A stretch of 64,000 nt of DNA from an uncultured Pelagibacteraceae bacterium (GTDB lineage: Bacteria; Pseudomonadota; Alphaproteobacteria; Pelagibacterales; Pelagibacteraceae). The stretch is taken from NCBI GenBank assembly GCA_902524105.1, contig CABZCD010000001.1:12733-76732 (forward strand), read 5' to 3'. The position numbers and the translations under genes were made by a program. The notes under the pieces are model-generated. The model ran no database searches and had not been told where the DNA came from. It worked only from the letters and a program-made list of their open reading frames with translations. This document shows, piece by piece, positions 42,429 through 53,621 of this stretch. The number at the start of each line of letters is the position of its first letter. The first letter of the stretch is position 1.

Positions 42429-43480
42429 TTTAATTTTTCTTTTACTACAAATTGAATACCTAGCCACCTATAAAAACCATTTTTCTCTCTCAAAGAACAG
42501 TTTATCCTTCCACGTTCAGTAGTAAACTTTCCCTCTAAATTTACCTCCAATTTATTTTCACTATCCAAACTAATTTTAGAGTTTCTCCATTTATCCTCTT
42601 CATTTGAAAAACAATTTATATTTTTTAAATTTTTTAAATCATCAAAAAATTGAATGCTTACTTTTGGTGGATTATTTTCATCTCCAATGTATCTTTCATC
42701 TGGCTGAATTGACTTATAAGGAAACGGCAATGTTTTTAATATTGTTTTAAATCTATCAATTTCCCCATACTTTTCATTAATTGGAAATCTTGGCATTTCA
42801 AATAAATTTTTAGTATAATCAGTTACACCTGAGTGTTGACCAAAAGCAAATTTAAAACCAAGATCAATAACAATATTTTTTAAATTAGAGCTGTATTCGC
42901 CAAATGGATAAGAAAAAAAAGAGGAATTTTTACCAAGTTCTTTTTTAAAGATTTTTATGGATGTTTTCAAATCATCTTTAATTTCTTGTACCTCAAAATC
43001 AACAAGGTAATCATGAGTATGGCTGTGATTTCCTATTTCAACAAAATCATATTTTTCTATTTCCCTTATATTCTCCCAGCTCATGTATCCTCTTTTTCCA
43101 ACTTCTCTAGTGCTCACAAATAATATGAAAGGAATTTCGTTTTTTTTAAGAATTGGCCAAGCGTTCTTGTAGAAAGACTGATAACCGTCATCTATTGTAA
43201 TAAGTATTTTTCTCTCAGTTTTATTGTTATTTAGTTCATTTTCAAAGTTAGAAGGATTTACAAATCTAATACCGTTTTTTTTGATCAGTTCAATGTGCTT
43301 TTTAAAAGCATTAATCCTTATATTTGTTGATGGGTATTTATTTTCTTCAAATCGATGATACATTATAGTAATTATACCAAAGTCATTAATAACTATTTCA
43401 GATGAGTGCAAACTTAATTTAAAAGGTAAAAAAAATATAAGAATGATAAATAATTTTTTAATAATTAATTGCACTGGCAA
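42425..43480 (-). CDS. Secreted polysaccharide deacetylase (CE4/NodB)
   Basis: IMYHRF, LITIDDG, GNHSHTH, FSYPFG, PRF. Confidence 0.92.
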   Translation of the reverse strand: MPVQLIIKKLFIILIFFLPFKLSLHSSEIVINDFGIITIMYHRFEENKYPSTNIRINAFKKHIELIKKNGIRFVNPSNFENELNNNKTERKILITIDDGYQSFYKNAWPILKKNEIPFILFVSTREVGKRGYMSWENIREIEKYDFVEIGNHSHTHDYLVDFEVQEIKDDLKTSIKIFKKELGKNSSFFSYPFGEYSSNLKNIVIDLGFKFAFGQHSGVTDYTKNLFEMPRFPINEKYGEIDRFKTILKTLPFPYKSIQPDERYIGDENNPPKVSIQFFDDLKNLKNINCFSNEEDKWRNSKISLDSENKLEVNLEGKFTTERGRINCSLREKNGFYRWLGIQFVVKEKLN

Positions 43481-43823
43481 AAATAATTCAATAGGTTTAA
43501 AATCTGATCATAAATTTTTTAAAGTAAAATTACAAAATAATATTAACTCTAACAATCTACTTGTTGGTAATATTATTAGCTTGATAAAAAAACATAAAGT
43601 CAAATTAAGCAGCAAATACTCAATAATAGTTAATATGGGACCGGGCAGCTATTCTTCTATTAGAATATCTTTATCTGTGGCAAAAGGAATCCAAATAGTG
43701 CATGGTTCCAAACTATATGGCTATAAAAGCAATCAATTACCTGAATTAAAACTTGAAAATATTGAGATTTTGATAAAAAATAAACAATTAGAAAATAAAA
43801 TGGTTAATCCAATATATCAATAA
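43443..43823 (+). CDS. tsaB: Truncated TsaB-like protein (t6A pathway)
   Basis: VNMGPGSYSSIRI.LSVAKG matches the TsaB GPGSFTGLR motif; nifU-tsaB-fur-miaB neighbourhood. Confidence 0.75.
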   Translation: MINNFLIINCTGKNNSIGLKSDHKFFKVKLQNNINSNNLLVGNIISLIKKHKVKLSSKYSIIVNMGPGSYSSIRISLSVAKGIQIVHGSKLYGYKSNQLPELKLENIEILIKNKQLENKMVNPIYQ

Positions 43824-43837
43824 AAGGATTTTAAATA

Positions 43838-44263
43838 ATGAGTGTAATTGAGGAAAAGTGTAAGCAAAAAGGAGTTAGATTGACAGAGCAGAGGCGAGTA
43901 ATAGCTAAGGTAATGTCAGAGTCAAAGTTGACTTTTGGTTCAAAAGACCATCCTGATGTAGATGAGTTACACAAAAGAGTAAGCTTATTGGATAAAAAAA
44001 TTAGTATTGCAACAGTATATAGAACTTTAAAACTTTTTGAGGAGTCAGGAATCATAGAAAGACATGATTTCAAAGAAGGTAAGTCCAGATATGAACCGTC
44101 AACAGATGAGCACCATGATCATCTTATTGATGTGAACACTGGTGAAATAATAGAATTTGTGGATAAAGATATTGAAGAATTGCAAATTAAAATTGCGAAG
44201 AAACTTGGCTATAATTTGGTTGACCATAAACTTGAGCTTTATGGATCTAAAAAAAAAAGATAA
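43838..44263 (+). CDS. fur: Fur/Mur family metal-responsive regulator
   Basis: RLTEQR, HPDVDEL, ATVYRTL, HHDHLID. Confidence 0.9.
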   Translation: MSVIEEKCKQKGVRLTEQRRVIAKVMSESKLTFGSKDHPDVDELHKRVSLLDKKISIATVYRTLKLFEESGIIERHDFKEGKSRYEPSTDEHHDHLIDVNTGEIIEFVDKDIEELQIKIAKKLGYNLVDHKLELYGSKKKR

Positions 44264-44264
44264 A

Positions 44265-45602
44265 TTGAAAAAAAAAATATTTATAAAAACGTTCGGTTGT
44301 CAGATGAATGAATACGATAGCAACCGAATATTAGATATCACTAAAAAGATTAATTATTTTCCAACTACAAAAATATCGGAAGCAGATTGTTATATAATTA
44401 ACACTTGTCATATCAGAGAAAAAGCAACAGAAAAAGTATTTCATGATGTTGGTAGAATTAAAAAAGAATATAGGAATAAAAAAAAACCAATTCTTATAAT
44501 TACTGGATGCGTTGCTCAAGCTGAAGGGGATTTAATATTAAAAAAAGATCGTTATGTAGACGCTGTTATCGGTCCGCAATCCTATCAATCAATAAATAAA
44601 GTTATAAAAGATATAGAAAATAAAAAAAAACAATATGACGTTACAAATTTTGATACAGTCAAGAAATTTGATGAACTAAATTCCACTAGTAATAATAATT
44701 CTAAAGTATCATCTTTTTTAACGATACAAGAAGGTTGTGATAAATTTTGTAAATTTTGTGTTGTTCCTTATACAAGGGGTCCAGAATATTCGAGATGTTT
44801 TGAAGAAATTTTAGATGAAGCTGATAAGCTGATAAATAATGGATCACGAGAAATAACTTTGCTAGGTCAAAATGTAAATGCTTACTTTAGTAAGAACAAA
44901 CGTCTGTCTGATATCATATATGCTCTTGAGAAAAAAAAAGATCTGAAGCGAATTCGTTACTATACCTCACATCCCAAAGACATGACTAATGATTTATTAG
45001 AAGTACATAAAGATTGTTTTAAACTTATGCCTTTATTGCATCTCCCTGTACAATCAGGCTCTGATAAAATACTAAAAACTATGAATAGAAAACATAATAT
45101 AAAAGAATATCTTAAAATAATAAATTCTCTTAAAGAAAAAAACCCCAAAATAGAATTTGCTAGCGACTTTATAATTGCTTATCCTGGTGAAAAAAAAGAA
45201 GATTTTAATAAAACCTGCAAACTAATGGAAACGGTTAGATTTATAAATTCATACTCCTTTATCTTTAGCCCAAGACCAGGAACACCAGCAAGCGATATGA
45301 AAATGGTTGATGAAAAATTAGCTAAAGAAAGACTTACAATATTTCAAAATATTGCTGAAAAAATTAAACTTGATTATAAAAAAAAACTTTTAAATAAGAT
45401 CGTTAAAGTATTGTTCGAAAATAAAATGACTAAAGAAAAAGAAAAATATAAATATTTTGGCAGAGATGAATACCAAAATCCAGTTATAGTTTATTCAAAA
45501 AAAAACATCATCGGTCAGGAAAAGAGAGTACTTATCAAAAAATTTTCCCAACATACAATTTATGGTGAATTAATTAATACTGATAACTTTCTTGCAGCTT
45601 AA
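44265..45602 (+). CDS. miaB: tRNA i6A37 methylthiotransferase MiaB
   Basis: TFGCQMN..DS, NTC.IRE.A, radical-SAM CDKFCKFC; start placed at TTG 44265. Confidence 0.96.
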   Translation: MKKKIFIKTFGCQMNEYDSNRILDITKKINYFPTTKISEADCYIINTCHIREKATEKVFHDVGRIKKEYRNKKKPILIITGCVAQAEGDLILKKDRYVDAVIGPQSYQSINKVIKDIENKKKQYDVTNFDTVKKFDELNSTSNNNSKVSSFLTIQEGCDKFCKFCVVPYTRGPEYSRCFEEILDEADKLINNGSREITLLGQNVNAYFSKNKRLSDIIYALEKKKDLKRIRYYTSHPKDMTNDLLEVHKDCFKLMPLLHLPVQSGSDKILKTMNRKHNIKEYLKIINSLKEKNPKIEFASDFIIAYPGEKKEDFNKTCKLMETVRFINSYSFIFSPRPGTPASDMKMVDEKLAKERLTIFQNIAEKIKLDYKKKLLNKIVKVLFENKMTKEKEKYKYFGRDEYQNPVIVYSKKNIIGQEKRVLIKKFSQHTIYGELINTDNFLAA

Positions 45603-45604
45603 AT

Positions 45605-46606
45605 ATGTCTAAAATAGAAAATTTTGATCAGAATTACAGTCTTAAAAAAATAGACAAGGAAACAATCAATATTAAAGTACATAATAATGACATTCTAGTA
45701 TCAGTAGTCGGCGAGTTTAATAGTAATTTAAATGAATTAGAAAAATTAACCAAAACAAAAATTTTTTTTAGAGGAAATTCAATTACCATTAAAGGAAATA
45801 ATGAGGAAATAAATAAAGCTTCAAATGCTATTAAATTTTTAATAAATAAATATTTAAAAACTAACTTAATTGAAAAACAAGATTTAACATTATCAGTAAA
45901 AGAAAGAAATATAAATTTGCAATCCAATGTCCATAACTTAGATCAACTAATCAAAACTCCTAAAAAAACAGTTATAGCCAGATCTAAAAAACAATCAGAA
46001 TATATTAAAGCTTTAACAAACAACGATATAACAATAGCTTTAGGTCCAGCAGGAACTGGAAAAAGTTTTTTGGCTGTTTCAGTTGCTATGACAATGCTTT
46101 TTGAAAAAAAGGTAGAAAAAGTGATTTTATCTAGACCAGCTGTGGAGGCAGGTGAAAAATTAGGTTTTTTACCAGGTGATATGAAAGAAAAAGTAGATCC
46201 ATATTTAAGACCATTATATGACGCGCTTTATGACCTTTTTGGTTTTGAAAAGATTAATAAAAAAATTGATTCAGGTGAAATTGAAATAGCACCTTTAGCA
46301 TTTATGAGAGGAAGAACCCTTAAAAATTCATTTGCAATATTGGATGAAGCTCAGAATGCTACTTTAACACAAATTAAAATGTTTTTAACTAGAATAGGTG
46401 AAAATTCAAAAATAGTGGTAAACGGAGACCCATCACAAATAGATTTAATTAACAAATCTCAATCAGGATTAGTTAAAACTAAAAAAATTCTTAACAATGT
46501 AAAAGAAATTAAATTGATAGAATTTGATCATAAAGACGTAGTAAGACATCCATTGGTTACTAAAATTATTAAAGCTTTCAACAAAAATATTAATGATAAA
46601 AATTAA
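45605..46606 (+). CDS. PhoH family ATPase
   Basis: GPAGTGKS, RPAVEAGEKLGFLPGD, MRGRTL, DEAQN. Confidence 0.95.
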   Translation: MSKIENFDQNYSLKKIDKETINIKVHNNDILVSVVGEFNSNLNELEKLTKTKIFFRGNSITIKGNNEEINKASNAIKFLINKYLKTNLIEKQDLTLSVKERNINLQSNVHNLDQLIKTPKKTVIARSKKQSEYIKALTNNDITIALGPAGTGKSFLAVSVAMTMLFEKKVEKVILSRPAVEAGEKLGFLPGDMKEKVDPYLRPLYDALYDLFGFEKINKKIDSGEIEIAPLAFMRGRTLKNSFAILDEAQNATLTQIKMFLTRIGENSKIVVNGDPSQIDLINKSQSGLVKTKKILNNVKEIKLIEFDHKDVVRHPLVTKIIKAFNKNINDKN

Positions 46607-47051
46607 TGTTATTGTCGAAGACAGAACCTGGCTTAAATTTATAAAACATCCAGAAAATTATTTAAAACGTAAAATAAAAAAAATTCAAAATGATAAATTT
46701 TTTGGAAAAAATAAATATTCTTTAAACCTTAAATTATCTGGAGCGAAAGAAATTCAATTATTAAATAAAAGGTTTAGAAAAAAAAACAAATCAACAGATA
46801 TTTTATCTTTTCCTAATCAAACAAAAATAAAATTAAAAATATTAATAAAGTCAAATCCAGAAATATATTTAGGAGATATAATAATCAACTTAAAAAAGAT
46901 TAACTCCTTATCAAAAAATTTATTTAAAAGACATTTTGATATATTGTGGATCCACGGCCTAGTCCATTTATTTGGCTATGATCACAAAAAATATAATGAC
47001 TATAAAAAAATGAATATAATTGAAAAAAAATTAATTAAAAAATTGAACTAG
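46593..47051 (+). CDS. ybeY: rRNA maturation RNase YbeY
   Basis: LN..FR....TDILSFP, LGDI, HGLVHLFGYDH. Confidence 0.95.
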   Translation: MIKINVIVEDRTWLKFIKHPENYLKRKIKKIQNDKFFGKNKYSLNLKLSGAKEIQLLNKRFRKKNKSTDILSFPNQTKIKLKILIKSNPEIYLGDIIINLKKINSLSKNLFKRHFDILWIHGLVHLFGYDHKKYNDYKKMNIIEKKLIKKLN

Positions 47052-48614
47052 ATGATTAATTTTTTTCTCAATAGCAGAATATTACTAGTATTCGTAATCC
47101 CGCTTTTTCTTGGTTGCCTTTCAGTCTTATCATTTCAACCATATAATTTTGTAATGATTAATTTTGCTATATTTCCATGCCTTTTTTTTATTTTGTGCAA
47201 TATTAATAAAAGGTCAAAAAATAAATATAGAAAAAAACCACATTTGATAAATTTGTTTTATGTAGGTTATTTTTTTGGAATAGGTTTTTTTTTAACAGGG
47301 ACATACTGGATTTCTTACTCTTTACAATTTGATCAATCTTTTAAAAACTTAATACCCTTGACGATTATTCTGATACCTCTGGCTTTGGGTTTATTTTACG
47401 GTTTAGGCTCACTTATTTGCGGCAAATATTTAAAATATGATATTAAATCTATCTTATTATTTTGCGCTTCGATTTCTGCAGTAGACTATGTTAGAGCAAA
47501 AATTTTTACTGGTTTTCCTTGGAATCTTTGGGCTTATAGCTGGTCATGGTTCACTGAGATTATTCAATTATTGAATCCCATCGGATTATTTGCCTTCAAT
47601 TTATTAACAATTACTTTTTATAGTATACCTGCAATTTTATTTATAAAAAAAATTAAATACAAAAGTCTGATAATTTTTGTATCACTTACATGTTTTTTTG
47701 GTAATTATTTATATGGGAATTACTTACTAAATAATAATAAAATTCAAAATCAAAATTATCTTAATGAAAAAAAATTTATTAATATAAAGATAGTATCTCC
47801 AAATTTTGAGTTAAAATACAATTTGTCGGAAAGTGAAACGCTGGATCGAATAAAAAAATTAATTAGATATAGCAATGTTGATAAAAATGAAAGAACTCTC
47901 TTTATCTGGCCAGAAGGAGCATTATCTGGAAAATATTTTTTTGAGATCAAAAAATATAAGAATTTAATAAAAGAAAATTTTTCTTCGGAACAACTAATAA
48001 TATTAGGTATTAATACTTTAGATAAAAAGGAAAATAAATTTTTTAATAGTTTTATTATAATGGATCACAACCTAAATAAGAAATTTCAGTATGATAAAAT
48101 AAAATTAGTACCTTTTGGAGAATTCTTACCTTTACAAACTAATCTTGAAAAAATTGGACTAAAAAAAATTACAGAAGGTTTTGGATCTTTTAGCAATGGT
48201 AATATAACCAAAACTTTCTCCTACGGGAATTTAAACATTATACCTTTAATTTGTTATGAAATAATTTTTCCAGAATTAATTCAAAAGATTAATCTCGATA
48301 GTAATTTGTTAATCAACATTTCAGAAGATGGCTGGTTTGGTGAAACTATAGGGCCGCATCAACATTTTTCGAAATCAATATTTAGAGCAATTGAAAGTGA
48401 CTCTTTTGTTTTGAGATCAGCAAATAAAGGTATTAGTGCCGTAATAAATAATAAAGGACAAATTATAAAGGCTTTAAAGAACAACGAAACAGGTAATTTA
48501 GAGTATAAGTTACCTGTGTTAGAAAAAAAAGGAGGAAATAAAAATGATTTGATATTTTTTGCCCTTTTATTTACATATTGTTTTATCTTTTTTAAATATA
48601 AAAAAAATGACTGA
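47052..48614 (+). CDS. lnt: Apolipoprotein N-acyltransferase
   Basis: GFPW, WPE, KLVPFGE, ICYE catalytic motifs. Confidence 0.95.
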   Translation: MINFFLNSRILLVFVIPLFLGCLSVLSFQPYNFVMINFAIFPCLFFILCNINKRSKNKYRKKPHLINLFYVGYFFGIGFFLTGTYWISYSLQFDQSFKNLIPLTIILIPLALGLFYGLGSLICGKYLKYDIKSILLFCASISAVDYVRAKIFTGFPWNLWAYSWSWFTEIIQLLNPIGLFAFNLLTITFYSIPAILFIKKIKYKSLIIFVSLTCFFGNYLYGNYLLNNNKIQNQNYLNEKKFINIKIVSPNFELKYNLSESETLDRIKKLIRYSNVDKNERTLFIWPEGALSGKYFFEIKKYKNLIKENFSSEQLIILGINTLDKKENKFFNSFIIMDHNLNKKFQYDKIKLVPFGEFLPLQTNLEKIGLKKITEGFGSFSNGNITKTFSYGNLNIIPLICYEIIFPELIQKINLDSNLLINISEDGWFGETIGPHQHFSKSIFRAIESDSFVLRSANKGISAVINNKGQIIKALKNNETGNLEYKLPVLEKKGGNKNDLIFFALLFTYCFIFFKYKKND

Positions 48615-49776
48615 AAAAAATTATTTATTTACAAGCGAGTCAGTATCCGAAGGTCATCCAGACAAAGTATGTGACAGGATTTCAGATATGGTAGTTGACA
48701 GTTATTTATCTAAAGATCCATTCTCTCGTGTAGCTTGCGAAACATTAACAACAACAAATAAAGTTGTATTGGCAGGCGAGATACGTGGACCTAACATTAA
48801 TAAGAGTGAAATTATTGAAAAGGTAAGAGATTGTATTAAAGATATAGGTTACGACCAAGAAGGATTTTCTTGGAAAGACCAAACGAAAATTGAGTCCCAT
48901 CTTCATGAACAATCGACCGACATTGCGATGGGAGTTGACTCTAAAGATAATAAAGATGAAGGGGCAGGAGATCAAGGAATTATGTTTGGATATGCATGTA
49001 ATGAAACTGAAGATTTAATGCCAGCACCTATATTTTACTCACATAAAATATTGAGACTAATGGCTCAAGATAGAAAATCTGGAGAATTAAAAGGGATAGA
49101 GCCCGATTCTAAAAGTCAAGTAACCATGGAATATAAAAATGGAAAACCAAAAAAAGTAACTTCCGTCGTTATATCAACTCAGCATTCAAAAGAATTAAAT
49201 CAAGAAAATGTAAAAGATTTAATTCTTCCTTATATAAACAAATCTATACCTATAGAATTATTAACGGATCTTCAAAAATCGGAAATTTATATTAATCCTA
49301 CTGGACAATTTATTATTGGTGGTCCAGATGGAGATACTGGTCTAACTGGTAGAAAAATTATTGTAGATACTTATGGAGGAGCTGCACCACATGGTGGCGG
49401 AGCATTTTCCGGTAAAGACCCGACAAAAGTTGATCGATCTGCAGCTTATGTTTCTAGATACTTAGCTAAAAATGTTGTTGCATCTGGTTTAACCGATAAA
49501 TGTTTAATCCAATTATCTTATGCAATCGGAGTTTCAAAACCACTTTCAATATATGTGAAATTAGCTGAAAAAGATCATGATAAAATTACAGAGGTTGAAA
49601 AAATTATTAAAAATAATTTTGATTTATCCCCTAGAGGAATAAGGGAGTTGTTAAGCCTAAATAAGCCGATATACGAAATAACATCATCTTATGGACACTT
49701 TGGACGAAAACCAACAGATAAAGGTGAATTTTCTTGGGAAAAAACTGATAAAACGTCACTTTTTAAAAAGGTGTAA
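48607..49776 (+). CDS. metK: S-adenosylmethionine synthetase
   Basis: [28 protein letters not shown]; start placed at ATG 48607. Confidence 0.98.
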   Translation: MTEKNYLFTSESVSEGHPDKVCDRISDMVVDSYLSKDPFSRVACETLTTTNKVVLAGEIRGPNINKSEIIEKVRDCIKDIGYDQEGFSWKDQTKIESHLHEQSTDIAMGVDSKDNKDEGAGDQGIMFGYACNETEDLMPAPIFYSHKILRLMAQDRKSGELKGIEPDSKSQVTMEYKNGKPKKVTSVVISTQHSKELNQENVKDLILPYINKSIPIELLTDLQKSEIYINPTGQFIIGGPDGDTGLTGRKIIVDTYGGAAPHGGGAFSGKDPTKVDRSAAYVSRYLAKNVVASGLTDKCLIQLSYAIGVSKPLSIYVKLAEKDHDKITEVEKIIKNNFDLSPRGIRELLSLNKPIYEITSSYGHFGRKPTDKGEFSWEKTDKTSLFKKV

Positions 49777-49829
49777 TCTTGAAAAAACCTTAATTTTTCT
49801 TTATTAATAGCTAAAATTTTGGAAACTAC

Positions 49830-49856
49830 AAAATGGGCACTAGCCCATTTTTTTTT
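49830..49856 (+). terminator. Hairpin plus U-tract in the nusA leader (metK terminator or nusA attenuator)
   Basis: AAAATGGGC-acta-GCCCATTTTTTTTT immediately before the AGGAG RBS of nusA. Confidence 0.72.
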
Positions 49857-49868
49857 AGGAGAATTAAA

Positions 49869-51422
49869 ATGTTAAATAGAGGTCTAGATAAACTTGAATT
49901 GTTAAGAATTGTTGATGCAGTGGCTAACGAAAAATCAATAGATAAAGATATTGTAATTGGATCAATGGAAAGTGCAATACAAAAAGCAGCTTTAACAAAA
50001 TTTGGTCATAATAATAACATTCTTGTAAAAATTGATAGAGAAACTGGAAACATTAGCATACAAAAAGTTTTAGAAGTTGTAGAAACAGTAGACGACCCAA
50101 GTCGCGAAATAACATCAGAGGATGCGAACTCTATAAACAAAAATAAATCTGAATTATTGAAGGTAGGAGATAAAATTTATGAGGATCTACCACAAATTGA
50201 TTTTGGAAGAATAGCTGCTCAAAGTGCAAAACAAGTTATTAATTCAAAAGTTCGAGAGGCAGAAAAAAATAGACAATACGAAGATTTTATTGACAAACAA
50301 GGACTTATTCTAAGTGGAATTATCAAAAGATTGGAATATGGAAATGTTATTATGGATCTTGGAAAAGCAGAGGGTGTTATTAAAAAGGATGAGCTTATTC
50401 CAAGAGAAGTTTTAAAAACTGGAGAGAGGGTTAAGGCATATTGCTACGAAGTTAAAAAAGAATTAAAAGGTCATCAAATATTTTTGTCAAGAGCTCACCC
50501 TCAATTTTTAGCTAAACTTTTTTTTCAAGAAGTTCCAGAAATATATGAAGGAGTAATTGAGATTAAATCAGTTGCTAGGGATCCAGGCAGTAGAGCGAAG
50601 ATTTGTGTCTATTCAAAAGATACTTCGATTGATCCTGTTGGAGCTTGTGTAGGAATGAGAGGAAGTAGAGTACAAACAATAGTAAACGAACTCCATGGTG
50701 AAAAAATAGATATTATTAAATGGACTGAAGATTTACCTACACTTATTTCCGAGTCCTTATCTCCTGCTGAGATACAAAAAGTTTTGATAGACCAATCTAA
50801 TAAAAAAATTGATGTTATACTTAGTGAAGAAAATTTGAGCAAAGCTATAGGTAGAAGAGGCCAAAATGTTAGATTAGCTTCTAAACTAACAAATTTTGAA
50901 ATTGATATTTTAACGGACAAAGAGGATTCTGAGAGAAGACAAGCAGAATTTAAAGAAAAGACTGAGGCTCTGATTAAAAATTTAGAAGTAGACGAAACTT
51001 TGGGGCAGCTTTTGGTTTCTGAAGGTTTTCAAAGTATTGAAGAAATATCGCAAGCTAAATCAGAGGATATTTCAAAAATTGAAGCTATAGATGAAGATAC
51101 TGCTAAAGAATTAATTAATAGATCAAAAGAAAGCTTAATTAAAGTGAAGGAAGAAGTTGGAAAGAAATTAAAAGAATTAGGTGTAGAAGATGAGCTAATT
51201 AATCTTAAAGGGATGACCCAAGGTATGCTCGTTATATTAGGTCAGAAAAATATAAAAAAACTCTCAGATTTTGCAGATTTATCAACTGATGAATTAGTTG
51301 GAGGTTTCGATGAAGTAAAAGGTAAGAAAGTACGATTACAAGGTTACTTAGAAGAATTTTCCTTAACTAGAGAGGAGGCAGATCAACTAATAATGTCTGC
51401 AAGAAATATTGTATTTAAATAG
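49869..51422 (+). CDS. nusA: Transcription termination/antitermination factor NusA
   Basis: FGRIAAQ.AKQ, ARDPG.RAK, GACVG.RGSR, AIG..GQNVRLA; start at ATG 49869 after AGGAG. Confidence 0.97.
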   Translation: MLNRGLDKLELLRIVDAVANEKSIDKDIVIGSMESAIQKAALTKFGHNNNILVKIDRETGNISIQKVLEVVETVDDPSREITSEDANSINKNKSELLKVGDKIYEDLPQIDFGRIAAQSAKQVINSKVREAEKNRQYEDFIDKQGLILSGIIKRLEYGNVIMDLGKAEGVIKKDELIPREVLKTGERVKAYCYEVKKELKGHQIFLSRAHPQFLAKLFFQEVPEIYEGVIEIKSVARDPGSRAKICVYSKDTSIDPVGACVGMRGSRVQTIVNELHGEKIDIIKWTEDLPTLISESLSPAEIQKVLIDQSNKKIDVILSEENLSKAIGRRGQNVRLASKLTNFEIDILTDKEDSERRQAEFKEKTEALIKNLEVDETLGQLLVSEGFQSIEEISQAKSEDISKIEAIDEDTAKELINRSKESLIKVKEEVGKKLKELGVEDELINLKGMTQGMLVILGQKNIKKLSDFADLSTDELVGGFDEVKGKKVRLQGYLEEFSLTREEADQLIMSARNIVFK

Positions 51423-51425
51423 ATT

Positions 51426-53621
51426 ATGGATAAAGAAAAAGAAAAGAAGAAAACATTAACAATTTCATCAAATTTTAAAAAGAAAATTGATCCCAGCTCT
51501 TTATCTAAAAAAGAGAATCGAAAATCATTTGCTATTTCAAATGATAAAAAAAACTTGTTTAAAGCATCAAAAGGCCAAAGAAAAATAATTTCACCTGATC
51601 AGAACTTCAAAAATCAGGAAAATAGAGGTAAAAAATTTACAAGAAAGTTTATTGAGCAACAGGCTACAAAAGCTTTTATTAAAAAGGACGATAAGCCAAC
51701 TGGAAAAAGTAAGTTAAAATTAAAAACACCAATAGATAAAAGAGATTTTAAATTGACTGTTTCGAGAGCTCTAAATGTTGAAGAAATTGAGATAAAACAG
51801 AGAAGTTTAGCTGCAGTAAAACGAGCTAGATTAAAAGAGAAAAAAAATAGTCCTGAACTGGAAGAAAAAAAGGAATATAAAAAAGTTATCAAAGAAGTCA
51901 ACATTCCAGAACAAATCACTATACAAGAACTATCAAATAGAATGGCAGAAAAATCTAGTGACATTATTAAATTTCTTCTTAATATGAAAGTAATCGCTAC
52001 AATTAATCATACAATTGATAAAGACACCGCTGAGTATATTGTTAAAGAATTCGGCCACAAGGCAATTATTGAAAATTCACAACCTGAAGAAATTAATAAA
52101 AATAAATCTATGAGTGGTCAGATAGAAAAAAGGCCGCCAGTTGTTACAATAATGGGTCATGTAGACCATGGAAAAACATCGCTTTTAGATGCTTTAAGAC
52201 AATCTGATATTGTTTCTAATGAATTTGGGGGTATTACTCAACATATAGGAGCTTATCAAGTAAAAGCGAACAAAAACCAATTAATTACATTTATAGACAC
52301 ACCTGGTCACGCAGCTTTTACAGAAATGAGGGCTAGAGGGTCAAAAATCACCGACATAGTTATTTTAGTAGTAGCTGCAGATGACGGAATAAAACCTCAA
52401 ACAATCGAAGCTATTAACCATGCCAAAGCAGCAAAAGTTCCTATAATTGTTGCGATTAATAAATCTGATTTACCAAACAAAAATATTACTAAAATAAAAA
52501 ACGATATGATGAGATATGAACTTGTCGCAGAGGAACTTAGCGGCGATACACTATTTGTAGAAGTCTCAGCTACAAAAAAAATAAATTTAGACAAACTTAA
52601 AGAAAGCATATTACTACAATCAGAAATCCTAGATTTAAAAGCATCTATTTCAGATAAGGCAACTGGAGTGGTTATTGAGTCAAAAATTGATAAAGGGAAA
52701 GGACCTGTTTCAACAATTTTAGTTTCTAATGGCAAATTAAAAAAAGGGGATTATTTTGTTTGTGGTAAAACATGGGGCAAAATTAGAGCCATGATTAATC
52801 ATGATGGGATTCCTGTAGACGAGGCCTTTCCATCAATGCCTGTCGAAATTTTAGGTATGAATGACACAGCATTTGCCGGAGCGGAGTTTTTAGTAACTGA
52901 AAACGAGGAAAAAGCTAAAGAGATCTCAGAGTTTAAAAACAACAATTCCTCTAAAAAGAAAATCATGATTAATGATAAATCAACAATTTTTGACAAGGGT
53001 GAAGATAAAGAAGAATTAAATGTCATAATAAAGTCTGATGTTCATGGATCAAGCGAAGCTTTAAAAATGGCAATTGAAAAAATAGTTCATCCAGAGGTAA
53101 AGACTAAAATTATTTTATCCGACATTGGTATGATAAATGAAACAGATATATCGCTTGCTAAAGCCTCTAACGCAGTTTTAGTTGGATTTAATGTTAAAGC
53201 TAATAGAGAAGCTAAAAAAATTTCAGAGGAGCAAAAAATTGAGATAATGTTTTTTAATATAATCTACGAAGCTATTGAATATATTGAAAAAAGGCTATCT
53301 GGCCTGTTAGAACCAGATACCAAAGAAATTTCTCTCGGCTCAGCCGAAGTACAAAAAATATTTAAAGTTTCAAAATTTGGAAAAATTGCTGGCTCTAAAG
53401 TTATAGAAGGAGAAATTCAAAACAAATCAAAAGCGAGAATAGTAAGAGACGGTGCAGTAGTATATGATGGTGAAATTTTGAGTATATTTAGAGAAAAAAA
53501 TGCGGTCAAAGAAGTTAAAAACGGTTTAGAATGTGGAATAAGCTTGAGGGATTTTATAGATTTTAAAGAGAAAGATATTATAGAGTCTTATCAAATACAA
53601 AAAATTGAGAGAACTATATGA
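51426..53621 (+). CDS. infB: Translation initiation factor IF-2
   Basis: RPPVVTIMGHVDHGKT, DTPGH, NKSD. Confidence 0.98.
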   Translation: MDKEKEKKKTLTISSNFKKKIDPSSLSKKENRKSFAISNDKKNLFKASKGQRKIISPDQNFKNQENRGKKFTRKFIEQQATKAFIKKDDKPTGKSKLKLKTPIDKRDFKLTVSRALNVEEIEIKQRSLAAVKRARLKEKKNSPELEEKKEYKKVIKEVNIPEQITIQELSNRMAEKSSDIIKFLLNMKVIATINHTIDKDTAEYIVKEFGHKAIIENSQPEEINKNKSMSGQIEKRPPVVTIMGHVDHGKTSLLDALRQSDIVSNEFGGITQHIGAYQVKANKNQLITFIDTPGHAAFTEMRARGSKITDIVILVVAADDGIKPQTIEAINHAKAAKVPIIVAINKSDLPNKNITKIKNDMMRYELVAEELSGDTLFVEVSATKKINLDKLKESILLQSEILDLKASISDKATGVVIESKIDKGKGPVSTILVSNGKLKKGDYFVCGKTWGKIRAMINHDGIPVDEAFPSMPVEILGMNDTAFAGAEFLVTENEEKAKEISEFKNNNSSKKKIMINDKSTIFDKGEDKEELNVIIKSDVHGSSEALKMAIEKIVHPEVKTKIILSDIGMINETDISLAKASNAVLVGFNVKANREAKKISEEQKIEIMFFNIIYEAIEYIEKRLSGLLEPDTKEISLGSAEVQKIFKVSKFGKIAGSKVIEGEIQNKSKARIVRDGAVVYDGEILSIFREKNAVKEVKNGLECGISLRDFIDFKEKDIIESYQIQKIERTI

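Noticed and set aside
44157-44264. ORF-track N-terminal extensions of miaB (also hslU, hisB, the GNAT, metK, nusA and the thiE-like gene)
   Set aside because: They overlap neighbouring genes or leaders and lack family similarity; downstream starts fit better
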